In this document: in pieces, positions 14,040 to 27,930 of the stretch | Layout of the letters: each line of letters begins with the position of its first letter | Position numbering within the stretch: position 1 is the first letter of the stretch | Assembly (NCBI GenBank): GCA_964016885.1 | Contig: OZ024745.1 | Coordinates: forward strand, 81,406,001-81,470,000 | DNA from: Eledone cirrhosa | Lineage: Eukaryota | DNA: 64,000 nucleotides | Reading direction: 5' to 3' | Notes under the pieces: generated by a model | What the model was told of the DNA's origin: nothing | Databases searched by the model: none | Seen by the model: the letters and a program-made list of their open reading frames with translations, nothing else | Made by a program: the position numbers and the translations under genes

Positions 14040-15976
14040 CTGGAGCATTCGACGAAGTGACAATACAAACACTCAGCAGAACCATGTGAAAGGAGGGAAG
14101 GGGGGACCCAGAGCCCACCCAAGAAACACAAACAGACCCAAGGACCCCCCACCGAGCATGGGGGAGGACCAACATGTAACACATAATGAGAACCCTAATC
14201 TAGGCAGGCAGAGGCCGACCACCCTCTGCAACTGCAGAAACCCCGAATCATGCCCCCTTGGTAATGAATGTCTCAAGAAGAACCTAGTGTACTGTTGTAG
14301 GGTTAAAACCCCCAACTCCGAACACCTCTACATAGGAGCCACATCAACGAGCTTTAAGGACCGCTGGTACAACCATCGCCATTCATTCAAGAAGGAGGCC
14401 AAAAGGAAAAGCACAGCTCTCTCCGACCTGATCTGGAAGCTTAAGCTGGACAGGACCCCATACTCCCTGGCCTGGTACATAATCAGGAAAGTACCACCCG
14501 ATAAAGGGGATCTTGCATATGCAAACTATGCCTGAACGAGACCCTCGAGATACTAAGAGGTGGAAGCGGCCTGATAAACCTCAGAACCGACTTCTTCGGG
14601 ACATGCAGACACCTTAGAGCCGGGACCTTTCTCAAGATATATGGACAGTAGCAACACAAGAAGATGTGAACTCCCCTCAAGCTATAGGGACTTCTACAGA
14701 ACATGAAAACACCTCTCGGCCAGACCTCCCTCAAGCTATATGGGCAATAACAACACCCTAGGTTGTGAACTCCCCCTCAAGCCACAGGGAACAACCCAGG
14801 CGGAGCAGACACCATGATAGCCTAGAGATAGAATCGGACACAGCCTTAATAATTTGGCCAACATCTATAACACAAACACTTTTAATTTACCAGATTTCTG
14901 ACTTTCAAGTTCCAATCTTAAATCTTGATTTCTCTTTATTAATTTGTTATTTGTTTTCTGCCCTCTTCACTGTATCACCTTATATTTATTTTAAGTTGAG
15001 ATAGATTATAACACAAACACATTGAGTTTGAATATCTCATCTTAACATCTTGTCTCATACCAATCTATCCAACATATTCTGACCTTGAGATTGGTTATAG
15101 CACACACACACACACACTTTATCCTACATTATTTCTCACTTCTCCATATGCATTTTCATTACTTTTTCACCAATCTCTCATTTATTCTTTATTCTTTATT
15201 CTCTATTTATTTATTTATTTTCAAATTACACAAATTATATTAATTATTTTATTATATTATTTATTTATTTTCTGTTCTCTTCATTTATTGCCTTATATTT
15301 CTTCATATACATGGAAGAACCCCCCACCCCACCACCACCACCACCACCACCACCACCACTACGATGGTGGCGGGAGGGATGAAGGAAAAAAAACACAAAC
15401 TGGATACTTCTAAATTGTTAGCAGCAGCAAGATATAAGCTGACCACTACACCAACAACAGTACCAAAATAATGGTGGAGGTCAAATGTACTCAACAATAG
15501 CAGGCTAAAACACTACAGGGAGCCTCACCCCAGAAAGAATTCTATAGACTTCTGACTGAGGAATGCTTTCAGAACTGACCAATGGGAAGTTTGACACTTT
15601 TTCTGTTATTTTGTTCCTTTAACACCTTGTCCCTTCTACTATTTTATCAATTTTTAAGCAAACTCCAACAATAACAACACTTAGAATGAGGAATGTTCTA
15701 ATAACTGACCAATGAGAGGAGAAGGGGACCTTTGACACTAAAATTCGTTTGTTTGAATTCATATGACTCCAGTTCCTCAGTGAATTAACAACCCAACAAG
15801 GAACTGGGCATATCAGAGTATTGACAATATTATACACCTAAACAACATATGTACTTGTCTATACCATACTAATTCAAACTGCCTGAAGAGGTCACAGCCA
15901 AAGATGGCTGTCACTGAAATATATATAGCAGTAATAAACGAAGCTAAATTTTAATCATTTGACTTTCATTTAACTT

Positions 15977-15982
<6 letters not shown>
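14040..15982 (+). mobile_element. 5'-truncated PLE: GIY-YIG endonuclease fragment (14086-14650) plus 3' UTR/pLTR
   Basis: CNCRNPESCPLGNECLKKNLVYCC...LYIGATSTSFKDRWYNH. The tail carries an HHR and AATAAA and ends at (TA)n. Confidence 0.88.
15878..15932 (+). ncRNA. Intact-looking minimal type I hammerhead
   Basis: ACUGC-CUGAAGA-GGUCACAGCC/GGCUGUCACU-GAAA-UAUAUA-UA-GCAGU. Confidence 0.92.
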
Positions 15983-16008
<26 letters not shown>

Positions 16009-16080
16009 TACATTATGAAGAGAGAATAAACATTAGATATAATTAGTAATAAGATATATCATACCTAGCTGGTTCTTCAG

Positions 16081-16174
16081 TCCCCGACTACGTAGTTTCG
16101 TGACATATTATGCAAAAACATTAGATCATAGAGATATAGAGTTTTTGTGAGGTTCTGCCGACTTATCAAGGGGA
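16081..16174 (-). ncRNA. Type I hammerhead with U3-A8 core variant
   Basis: UCCCC-UUGAUAA-GU...AC-GAAA-CUACGUAG-UC-GGGGA. Confidence 0.7.
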
Positions 16175-17654
16175 TACCTCATTAAGGATTTCAAAACACG
16201 TCTGCAATGCGTGAGATAGAATCTCGAAAAGGCGGAGGGAGAGTCAATCACGTGATACAGCGGTCAAGAAACAGAGCTAAGCCCCTTATAACCCTGACAA
16301 AAATACCACGGAGGCGGAGGGGGTATTCATATCAAAGCCGTAGAAGAGGTGCTTTGAGGAGGCGAGAAGTATGAGTAATGGTAGCTATCCAGCAGTCACT
16401 ACACTTCAAAGGTTACTCGACCAAAGGGAGTTATAAACAATATATAGAGATATATATATACAGATATATGTGTGTTTGTGAATATATATGTATGTATATA
16501 TCCATGTACGTGTGTATATATATATGTGTGTGCGTGTATGTGTATGTATGTATATATGTGTATATATATATATGTATGTGTGTACATTAGAAGTTTTTGA
16601 GCAAATTACTACTGATAAAACGGTAACAATAATTGTGATCGTCTCATTCATTTCTCCGTCTCTTTTCTCCACCGATTCGCTGAAACTAAACAATTCACTG
16701 TCAATTACCAGCAATTTTTATGGCCTCTAACTTCAAATCTTATTCATTTTCTTTAATTTGCTTATCCCCTTCTGCTTCGCTTTCTTCCGAGACAAATTTT
16801 TGATCTTTTTGTTCTTCATTCAATGTGATTTTCCCCTTATTGATAATAGTTGTCGTTGGTAAATTAGCTGAACATAAGATAAGCTACAGAAAACTTTATT
16901 ACCTATAGTGCTAGTAAAGTGATTTTCGATTTCGGTACAGCAAGACCATAGGTTTACTCGGAAGAAGATGAGATTCTGTGATGTTTTTACCACTCACCAA
17001 AGGTAAGAATGGTAAGAATTAGCTTCAAAGGAAATCGGATATGGCTCGCTGTCTCGATTTGCAAAATAAGTAGAGTCTTCCCCGTCTCGTACTTGCTACT
17101 ACTATTAGAAAAAAAATTGTATCAATTAATTTTTTTTTTTCTTCTTTTTTTTAGATGTTACTTTCTCATTCTTCTTCACTTCAAACTTGTGGCATTGTGC
17201 CCAAGCGTGGAGTCAAAATGTTAATATTTATTTCTAAGTTTGGCATAAGATTACAAATTTATTTGGCAGAATCGACCCAAATATATGCCTGTCATACTTA
17301 CTTTATATACTTTAATACTTATTTCTTCACCAGCGGAAGGATCAATATAAAAAGTTAATCACAGTGATGTTAAAACTTAAAACTTTGAGTGACATAACTA
17401 AATACATTTAGTCTGATAGTTCTATCAACTCTACCCCGTTGACAGACAGAGGCGTAACCAGGTTCTAAAAATAGAGAAAACGAGCACATAAAAAGGATGG
17501 CGACAGTACACGTACCAATTAATTGTAAATTTCATCAATATTTGTATTATATATTTAAAATGAAAACACAAGGAAGATACAGTTTTAAAGGAAATACATA
17601 AATATGTCGCTAAGGGTTTTTTACCCAATTTTCTAAAGCTATTATTATTTATAG

Positions 17655-17835
17655 AGGCGGTGGATTGGCAGTATCGGTAGAGGGTCGGACGCCATACTTT
17701 CCAGCATAGTTACGTCCCTTTACGATCTGAGTTCAAATCCCGCCGAGGTTGACTTTGCCTTTCATCCTTACGGGGTCGATAAAATAAAGTACTAGTAATG
17801 CACTGCGTAATTGCTGGCCTTGTGCCAATGGTATA
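17655..17835 (+). mobile_element. tRNA-derived SINE (family 1)
   Basis: TGGCAGTATCGG box A, GAGTTCAAATCC box B, GACTTTGCCTTTCATCC...GATAAAATAAAGTAC body. Confidence 0.9.
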
Positions 17836-18115
17836 AGAAAATATTTTTAGTGATTTTTGCGTTAAGAGTCGAACATTTCAAATTTCAAATCATCCAAGTG
17901 CATTATAAGATATACATAATTCACGTCAATCAGGGTCGGATTTAAACCAACGAGGAACTTCAGGTTAAGTGATACCCACTTCCACCATACACAAACATTA
18001 AAATACAAAGTAAACCTGCAAATTACATATCAGTCTGCCTATTGCGCTTAATGCGAATTGACAAGTTATAGATACTTACAAATGTTAAATGTGAAAAACT
18101 GTAATGACGTAAATA

Positions 18116-18475
<360 letters not shown>

Positions 18476-18635
18476 ATAAATCCCCGATGTTGTAGTCGTA
18501 CGAGGGTGATAGTATTTTGTTGTCCTCGCTGTTGATATTTTCTGAGTTGTTGATGTTGCCGATGTCGTTTTCTAAGGCTACTTATTGTCGGCATAATAAA
18601 AGAAAAGGGATTGCAAGATTTGAATGACTGGAAAC

Positions 18636-18684
<49 letters not shown>

Positions 18685-20509
18685 CACATACGAAGAAACA
18701 CGTATCAGTGTTATACAATAAATGCTATTCCCACTCTTCTGGATTATGATGTTTTTTTAATAATAATTTAAAACATGACATTTGAAACTTATAGTTTTGC
18801 AGTCCAGGCGAGCAAGAGATAACTATAAAACAGCTGTTGAACAAAAGAGACACTAAATGTGATTGAAAAAATTAAAGAGATATAAGATGTCACTGAAAAT
18901 ATCGATTCGATTACTTCTGATCTGTTATCTATAGGAGACAGCAAATGTGATTAGTTGCGATACAAAAATGTTATCAAGATATCATCTTGCTGTTCAGTCT
19001 GAAATATCCAAATTATATTTTTTGTTTTAAATTGCATATACAGAAAGAGCATAAAATAAGCTTTAAAGTGAAACATAATTTTACACACCTTGCATGTTTT
19101 TTTTTATTCTTTAAATAAATGTTGAAACAAATAAAATCAGAACGCCTGCATTAATTTCTGAGCAATCGAGTGCCAATATAACTCATATATAGTGATGACC
19201 CAGGTAAGAGTGATGGATGTGAAAGGAATGATGCAGCATTTAGCAGATAAATGTTAAATCTATCAACACCTGCAAACTCTAGTGAGTATGATTCTAGTAT
19301 GTCGCAGTTTGCTTTTCCTTTAGGCGGGAATATTACACAGAACTTCATTAGTAAATTTTCCACTTCTTTTAACGATTAATACACTGAATTATAGCAATCT
19401 TTGTAGCTAGGACAAAGTGAAGCTGGCTATCGAGATATGGCCAGTACTTAACTTCCTTATTCATTCACGTCTGCACGTACTCATATTATCTATTTTCAGC
19501 TAGATGTTTTGAATCCACGATGTATAAGAGTCATAGAGATAAAGTTAGCTTTGCGGATGGATTCGAACCGTCAACCTTTCAATCAATCATTCTATGAACT
19601 TTGCCACCTACAACCTTTTTTTACTTGCTTTAAGTTCCATTGTCTTGATAAGCATCTTGGCCATAAATGACAAATATGACGAGGCAATTTAGCCATTAGT
19701 GCCAAATTCAGCAGTCTGGAAAATATATGAAATTGGATTTTGTACAAAACTTATTGAAATAGCTAAAAAATGCAGCATTTAAAACATTTTTATCTTTATT
19801 ATTTCCTTTCATTTTTTTTTTCTTATACTTTTGTTATTCTTTTGTGTTAGAAGATTTTTGTGGAGGAAATGTATCTCCAATTAGACAATCTGCTTTCGTT
19901 TGGATTTTTCTCACTATTTGCTATGAAAATGAAGTAATCTGACTCGAGAAAGATTTATTTTGAGCCAAACACCTTATACATTGTAGACAACGCATCTTCG
20001 TTCGTACTGTAGCGTAAAAATCAGTAAAGTGATATCGAAATTTTAAAATTTACAAACATGTGCATTCTTATAAACCATTATTCTTTAGTAAAAAATGAGA
20101 AACTGCCAAGGCATTTGCTCAAGTGCTGAGTGGATTGATCTCGACAAAAGTACCTTTAGAGGAGGAATGGGGATAATGAAGGAATCGAGTTAATTAATAA
20201 ATTATTATTTCCTAAACTCAGGGGATTTTAAGCTCAATGTTTTATTCTGGTTTTGTGGGATAAGACGAATATTACAGTCATAAAAAATGCATTTTTTTTT
20301 TTTATTTATTTCAGATACTTACTGGTACAATTTCTGCTAATGAAATGGGTATTATTTGGCTCCCTACTCATTCTTGTGACAAATAAGAACATTGCTTCCT
20401 CTCTGGACGTTGCGAAAACCACTCCAGTATATATTTCCATTGAAATTACTATATAAAGATAAATGACGTTATAGCGACCAAGTAAAGTCTTGTATTTAAC
20501 AAAGTCCAA

Positions 20510-20660
20510 GATGATGAATTGGCCGAGTCGTTAGAACGTCGGATAGAAATCTTTGTGGTATTTTCTCTCGCTCTCTGTGCTCTGAGTTCAAATCCCGCCC
20601 AGGTCAACTTTGCCTTTCATCCTTTCAAGGTCAATAAAAAAAGTACCAGTCCAGTACTGG
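20510..20660 (+). mobile_element. SINE family 1
   Basis: GAGTTCAAATCCCGCCCAGGTCAACTTTGCCTTTCATCC. The 3' flank is shared with the copy at 27.8-28.1 kb. Confidence 0.85.
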
Positions 20661-20907
20661 AGACGACTCTTCCTTTACATCTCTTTCTTATTTCCTTTCT
20701 TTGGAAGAAATCTGCTGTGTTCAGACATGAAGAGAAGTTGGGTTCCGCCAAGTTTAAAAATGTCCAATAAACGCCGTATGTCAATATTGTGCCTCTACGA
20801 CACAATCAGGAGTTACAGGTCCATGAAATAATAAAAATTACAAAGTCATTATTTGCAGAGACAAAAACGAGATTTTGTGTAGTGCAGGTTTTTTTCATGA
20901 ACGTTAA

Positions 20908-21006
20908 CAGTGAAATGGTTTCAGTAAATTAAATGGTTTCATAAATGCAGTGAAATGGTTTCAGTAAATTAAATGGTTTCATAAATGCAGTGAAATGGTT
21001 TCAGTA
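20908..21006. repeat. 40-bp tandem repeat, about 2.5 copies
   Basis: CAGTGAAATGGTTTCAGTAAATTAAATGGTTTCATAAATG is repeated exactly. Confidence 0.9.
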
Positions 21007-21134
21007 CAATTGAAAATAAATTCTTTGTAGTTTCAGCATCTGATATTATCACATACTTACTTTTTACTTGCTATTTTGACTTTATATTAATTAAATGCCT
21101 ATACCTCCATATATAAACATACATGTAATATTGA

Positions 21135-21355
21135 TTTTTAATTCAGGCACAAGGCCAACAAACTTTGTGGAGACAAGCAAAGTTAATTAAATCAACCCCA
21201 GTACATGACTGGTACTTTATTTTTATTAAATTCGGAAAGATAAAAGGCAAACTTGACCTCAGCGAGATTTGAACTTAGAACGTAAAGAGCAAGAACAGAT
21301 ATCGTAATGGTATTTTATCTGACAATTTAACAATACTGCCAATTGATCGCCCTCA
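21135..21355 (-). mobile_element. SINE family 1
   Basis: Reverse complement of the family 1 consensus. Confidence 0.8.
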
Positions 21356-21499
21356 AACATGCATATTAATGGGTAACATTTATATGGGTATATATTTATA
21401 TGGACATTCGTATCAATATATTAAGTACTTTAAAAAAATAATGAATTTTTTATTTCCATTTAACGCGTCTTATTTTTGTTATGTGCTACATTTAATTGT

Positions 21500-21700
21500 T
21501 TCTACTTTTGGCACAAGGCCAGCAATTATCTCAGTGGTACTTTATTTTATCGGTACTTTATTTTATCTGGTACTTTATTTTATCGACCCTATAAGGATAA
21601 AAGGAAAAGTTAACCTCGGTGGGATTTGAACTCAGACCATAACTCTATCCTGCAAAGCATGGTGTCTGACGCTCTACCGATACTGCCAATCCACCGCTTC
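21500..21700 (-). mobile_element. SINE family 1
   Basis: Reverse complement of the consensus, with an internally triplicated GGTACTTTATTTTATC. Confidence 0.85.
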
Positions 21701-21929
21701 GTGTCTGCTATTTCTATTTTATTTCATTTTATTTACGTTTCGATGTATTTGTTTGCAAAGGAAGACAATTGATTAACTATGAAAAAATTCCCCAAATGAG
21801 ATGGATTTATTAAGAATCATTTAAATATTCATAAATTGATTATGTCATCTGAAACACTGTTGGCACCAGTATGAACCAAACTTCAGGATATAAAGTGTTA
21901 TATTTGTCATTAATATATTAAAGACATCT

Positions 21930-22125
21930 TCAGAATCGGTAAAGTGTCGGTAAAGTACTTTGACGCATTTAGTAACAGCTCTTTTTATGTTCTAAGTTCC
22001 AATCTCGTCGAGGTCAGCTTTGCCTTTCATCATTTCAGGCGTTGATAAAATAAAGTACCACTGGAGTCCATTTGATCAACATTTCACTCCTTACAAATTT
22101 CTGACTTTGTGCCTATATTAGAAAT

Positions 22126-22128
<3 letters not shown>
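21930..22128 (+). mobile_element. SINE family 1
   Basis: Degenerate boxes A/B and a conserved body. Confidence 0.75.
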
Positions 22129-22195
<67 letters not shown>

Positions 22196-23519
22196 CCTGT
22201 TATTCTGTTCTACTCTGAAATCTCAGTGTTCTGAAGACAAATACCGTATTTTGTTTAACACTGTTTCTAGCAGTTTTTATTCGGAATCAGCTAGGTTACA
22301 TTCCTTCCAATGTTGTTTGTCTGTAGCTTTCGGCAGTATATCAGACGTGTAACTCTCAACAAACTGTAAAGTCCGCAAAGGACATGTCATCGGTTCCTAC
22401 AATTATGGATTAACTTATACTAAGACATCATGTTTATACAATCTCATTTTCTAATCTATTATTCCTGGTAATCTGTATATTTAGAAAAATAGTATAACTT
22501 TATATTAGTGTCATTTTTTTTATTGATCTATCCTGCGGGAGTGTAGTATGTCATCTTGAAGAGTATTACTGTTATATATTTTTTACCTTTTCTACAATTT
22601 AATCGGAGATCAAGGGAAAGTGCCCGTGATTCTTCCAGAAACTTCCAGAGAAAATGTAGGAAATAAAGAGAGCTCCTTGCTTTTCATTTTATTACTCTTA
22701 TGTCTTTCACTGGAGTAGCATCGACGAAATTTGGACGAAATACTTTACAATCACAACTCAGTGCGTTGACAGCTTATTTTTGTTGTTGTTGATCGAGCAG
22801 ATCTATAATGAAATGTATCCCGACCAGAGTGTTTTTTTAATTTTTTTATTGAACACTAAAAGGTGTGGTTAAGGGGAAATTTGGCAGCTATATCTAGCAG
22901 GTCAATCAAATAGATATATTGACCTTGATTATGTATTTGTACTCAGAAGTGAACAGAATTAGATGGTCTGTAGTTTTTTTTTCTGTCTTAGTGTGTTTTG
23001 TTAGAAGTGTATATATTATTTATAACCAACGAGAAATCAAGCACTTTTACTTGCAAAAAGAAGTAGTTATTCTTGTTGCTATGAGCTAAAAACTACTGTT
23101 TTTCTCATTAAGAATGAAACAACAAACAAGGTTTATAACGTTATACATTTTGTTAAACTACTGACTACATTTTGATAACTAAAGCTAAATGATGTCAAGG
23201 GTGGGTGTTGTAAATGACTATTATAATACAACTAATGTTTTATTTAATAGTTAAGTATATACAATTTAAGTGAAATAGAGCTTTTGAGTGATTTAACACA
23301 TCAGTGTCATAACCTTTCAATAAGATTATCACACATGAGAATTCATCAAAGTGGATTTATCACATTAATTATAAGTAAGATAACACAAAGAAGAATATTC
23401 AATATAAGATATTGCCCAAGCTTAGAATATTGAACACAACTAAAAGTCTCCACGACACCCGGGAGAATATTGCTGTTAATTGATCAATATTCTTACACTT
23501 CTCATTATTAAATTATGAG

Positions 23520-23738
23520 TGGGGGATTAGCAGTATCGGTAGAGCGTCGGACAACATGCATTGTGGCATAGAATTACGTCATTTTACGTTCTGAGTTTAA
23601 ATCTCTCCAAGGGTAGCTTTGCGTTTCAACCATGCGTCGTCGTTAAAACAAAGTACCATTAACGCAATGGGAGTCGATTTAATCGACTTTCCTCTCCCTC
23701 AAAATTGTTGGCTTTCGGCCTAAAACAGAAACTATTAT
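23520..23738 (+). mobile_element. SINE family 1
   Basis: Consensus match. Confidence 0.8.
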
Positions 23739-23859
23739 TAAAGATGTGATAGCTTTTACATTTATTATGATTTCCATCTAAGTGATAAAGTGTCAGTGTG
23801 CGTCCGTGAAAAATACACATATACACCAGGTCCGAACACAAAGGAACCAAATTCCCACT

Positions 23860-24040
23860 GTCACTGCCTCCGTCATTCCCGCTCTCCCCATCTCTCACTA
23901 TTGTGAGCAAATGGGAACCCATGCGCTGTCCGCCCCGCAACCCCGGTGGGCAGAATAGCAAAGGCGTTTCCCCGGAGGAAGGTGAGAGAGACGCGCTGGA
24001 AGAGCCATTCTAGTTGCCGAGGCTCACACCTGCGGGTATC
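23860..24040 (-). mobile_element. CRE-like (restriction-like endonuclease) non-LTR retrotransposon 3' fragment
   Basis: EPRQLEWLFQRVSLTFLRGNAFAIL resembles the QR(I/L)SxxxxRGNA C-terminal motif of these elements. GC-rich island. Confidence 0.6.
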
Positions 24041-24216
24041 CAACTGTGCCGATGGTGGTGAGTAGGGAGGTGGCCCTAGCGTCAAGAACACTAGAAGTCT
24101 TCACAAATATGTAGGAAGAAAGGTGGTGAGTTTTAGATGGCGTGCTGAACTAAATGATTTATGTTATTTAGTTATGTTCATTGTTCAAATCTTGTTTAAG
24201 TCGATATTAAGTCGAT

Positions 24217-24428
24217 ATTGACAGTATCGGTAGAGCGTCAGACACCATGCTTTGCAGCATAGAGTTATGGCCCTTTATGTTCTGAGTTCAAATCCCTCCG
24301 AGGTTAGCTTTACCTTTCATCCTTACGAGGTTGATAAATAAAGCACCAGTAACACACAAAGGACGATTTTATTGACTTTCCCCTCCCTCAAAATTGTCGG
24401 ACTTGGACCTAAAGTAGAAACAATTATA
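24217..24428 (+). mobile_element. SINE family 1
   Basis: Consensus match. The flank 24110-24205 is duplicated at 24435-24545. Confidence 0.85.
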
Positions 24429-25002
24429 AAGTATTTAGGAAGAAAGGTGGTGAGTTTTAGATACGTTGGCGTGCTGAACTAAATGATTTGTGGTGTTTAG
24501 TTAAGTGTTTTTATGTTCCTTGTTCAAATCTTGTTTAGATCGACATTATTATTCATGTTTCCAGAGTCTGTGAAATATGTACCAATCACGTAACGGGTTG
24601 ATTCAATTGATTATAGTCTACTCTAAAACGTAGAACTCTGTGCTAAAATTAGAAACCATTAATAAAGGTTATATTTGAAGGTTATGAGTAAAATTTCTTA
24701 CGCACGAATTGATAATTTCATAAATTGATAATTGTTATTGTTGTTGTTTGTGGTGTTTATTCTTGTATTATGCTGTTAGGTAACCGGGGTAGATCCATCG
24801 ATCTATTGTTCCAGTTATACCGGGGTGAGGACCACAATTCACTCTCCGACATGTGTATAATATAACAATTTGGGCATGTTCTATTCTCTCCACTGTACAG
24901 TCTATATCGATATGCCAGTTGACGAGTTGACAAGTTGTTGTTTAGCCTCAAGGTCAGACTTGATCCAACAGATCGAAAATCAAAGTTGTTCGTCTAGCGA
25001 CC

Positions 25003-25045
<43 letters not shown>

Positions 25046-25307
25046 TGCGCGCGCGCGTTTGTGTGTGTGTAATCTCAGAAATGGATGACTGAATACGCAC
25101 GTGTTTTTTTTCTCATCTTTTCCCCGTTCCTTCCTCTTTTTGTTTTATCGTCTATTTCTAATTCTATCATCTGACGAAGGACTAGTGTCGTAAACATTAA
25201 GACTCCTTTCCTGCTATTTCAAGCATTAAACTAATATATTTCTTCAATGTACTGCGTCGTTTGCTTTGTTATTTCTGTTTACTTTTTACACACACACACA
25301 CACACAT

Positions 25308-25370
<63 letters not shown>

Positions 25371-27799
25371 CGTATAATATCAACAGAAATGCACAGTTAC
25401 ATAACATGAAGAGACTAAAGCATCGTTACCAGGTCAGCCACCTTGCTAGTTGTGTAGTTTTGATTGTTCGTGTTATGTAACTCTCTGCATTTTCTGATGA
25501 TGATATATATCTATATATGTGGGGGGGGCATGTATGTGTGCATGGGGCGGGGAGCACAGAGAACGAGATTACAATGAAATTGAGAGAACAATCTTCCCTA
25601 TAAACCCAATGTTCCTGCTCTCCAATTTCTAAATTTCCCAATACAACCCCAGAAAGTATTTCTGTTATAAAAATATAAATAAACAATTTTTTTAAAGTCT
25701 GTAAAAGTACTTAACGATTCAGAAGTATCAGTGAGAAAACCAAGTGAAAGTCTGCACCAATTGAAGACAATTCAAATCCAAACAGCCTATCGTTTAATGG
25801 TCCGTATGGGCTTCGTTTTTCCTGACAAGATCCAGATATTTCTGTCTTACTCACTGCCATAACAACTTTCTCTTAAGATAGTACATGCATTCTCTGTAGT
25901 CATTGAGGCGTTCCTCTAGTCACAAATCTAAATATAAAAGGTCGCTCGATATGTGAGTGCCTGTGTGTATGTGCATGTGATAGAAAAAATGTATGTGGGT
26001 GAGAGGGAGAGAAAGATATAGAGAGAGAGATGAAAGTGAAGAAGAATGTGTGAGAGTGAGAGAAAGTTCGGTGATGAGTCCCATAACCCAGTAGGTCGTA
26101 TTCATATCTAAGGCAAGTGAACTTGTTTGAGCTCATGCCTCTTTAACTTATACGTACGGGAGGAATTGAAAATAGCACAGAACGCTAAGGAAACACTTAT
26201 CAATTTTACTGTATTCCCACTGATGACTCTGATAATCAGATAATTTCTTTGTTATGGATAAAGCACAGCATTATGACATATGAAATGCCGACACTTCGAT
26301 AGATAATTCAGTATTTTACCCATTCTGTACCTTCTATATTTATGACTCAGATGTCTACAAGTTGTTAAATCCAGAATTAGCCAAATGTCTTTAATAAGTT
26401 CATTTCTTAATCCCAGATTTCCCTGTGCGGTACTTAGGCAAGTGTTTTCTACCGTGCGTCGAGTAAATTTTGGATGACAAAATCTGACCATCTGTTAAAC
26501 TGTACCATTAATGAACTCGATTAGTTTCGCGTTGTGATACAGTTGGATCAGTTGGAGAAGGTTACTTTTGATAGGACGCTCTAGAATGCGTGTCCCTCTA
26601 CAACCTTCCCAGGAATAAATGGACGAAGAAGAAGACTTAATCTATCACCCAATTTAATACCAGCGCCCACACCTTGGATACTTATTTTGTCTGTTTGATT
26701 CGGACCAGCTCTTTGGTGTTATGGATAGACCATGAGTAAGGGCTTATTCCTCCCTTTCTTGAAGGCCCTGCAAGAAAAAGCAGCATCACAGATGATACGC
26801 TTTATCCCCTCCAAAAAATCTCTACTGCGACTTCGTCAGCATCTAAAATGACTATTAACTTAAAACAATTTGAAGGTTACGAATGAAATGTTAAAAAATA
26901 AATATCAATTGAATCTTTAATTATTATAAATTACCTGATAAGATTTGAATGCAGATGACGTTAGACATGTTCATGGAGGTGTCTCCTGTCGCAAACATTC
27001 GAGCAGTGATAGAATGCTTGCCATGATAGACATTATTAGAATACTTCTGTCAAGTTACCATTACGTATCTGATGGATTATCTCCCAAAACAAGTGAAATA
27101 ATTGTGGAGATAAAATAGTGCTGGATAAACAGCAAAAATTGCTAAACATTTACAGTTTAATTTGTAAAGGTGGATTGGCAGGTATTCTGTGGTATAATGC
27201 TGTCACCTGGTGAGCATTTGATACGTTGTTTAAACCATATCAATGTACTTGTTGCTTATTTATCTGTCTTGAATGGCATTTGATGATATTATCGTCTATA
27301 TTTGATATTCATTTAATGTACTTCTGTTATGTTCACAAATTATCCGTTAAAAAGTCAAAATATTTTACAGAAAGTTGCGTCAACTAGCCGGCTGATGCGC
27401 TTTCATTCAGTTTGCAATATCCTCGACTTAGGCAATAGATCATACATTTGTCAAGATGACAAATTGGTAGAGTCCTTAAAACGTCATATAAAATGCTTTA
27501 GTCGACTTTACTTTTCATCTTTTCGAGATCGATAAAAAGTACCAGTCTCTCACTGGAATGTTTTTTATTGTCTTCTCAGCGAGGTAGCAGATCAATCTTT
27601 CGGTGGTCGTGACCACAAGGAAAAAAAAACATGGGAAAACATTTCTTTCACTACAAATCCACCGCCGTAATTATTAATATTATATTAGTTAACTTCAAAC
27701 TTCCAGTAGAGTTTCATAAGATTAACATGAAAAACAAAATTTGTATAAATAGACTTCGCCCGCTATTCATCTCCACTTAGCTTTTGTATTTACCAAAGT

Positions 27800-27930
27800 A
27801 CGGCAGTAAATTGGCAGTCATTTGAACGCTTTGGGTATTCGTCTCTGAGTTCAAATCCCACCGAGGTCAACTTTGCCTGTCATCCTTTCGAGGTCGATAA
27901 AAAAAGCACCAGTCTAGTACTGGGGTCAAT
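27800..27930 (+). mobile_element. SINE family 1
   Basis: GAGTTCAAATCCCACCGAGGTCAACTTTGCC. Confidence 0.85.

Noticed and set aside
17655-17750. tRNA genes
   Set aside because: The A/B boxes belong to SINE heads and no cloverleaf forms.
26215-26245. CUGAUGA plus a small hairpin
   Set aside because: No GAAA or stem III downstream.
26250-27100. Possible coding remnants
   Set aside because: Too decayed to assign by eye; probably old transposon sequence.
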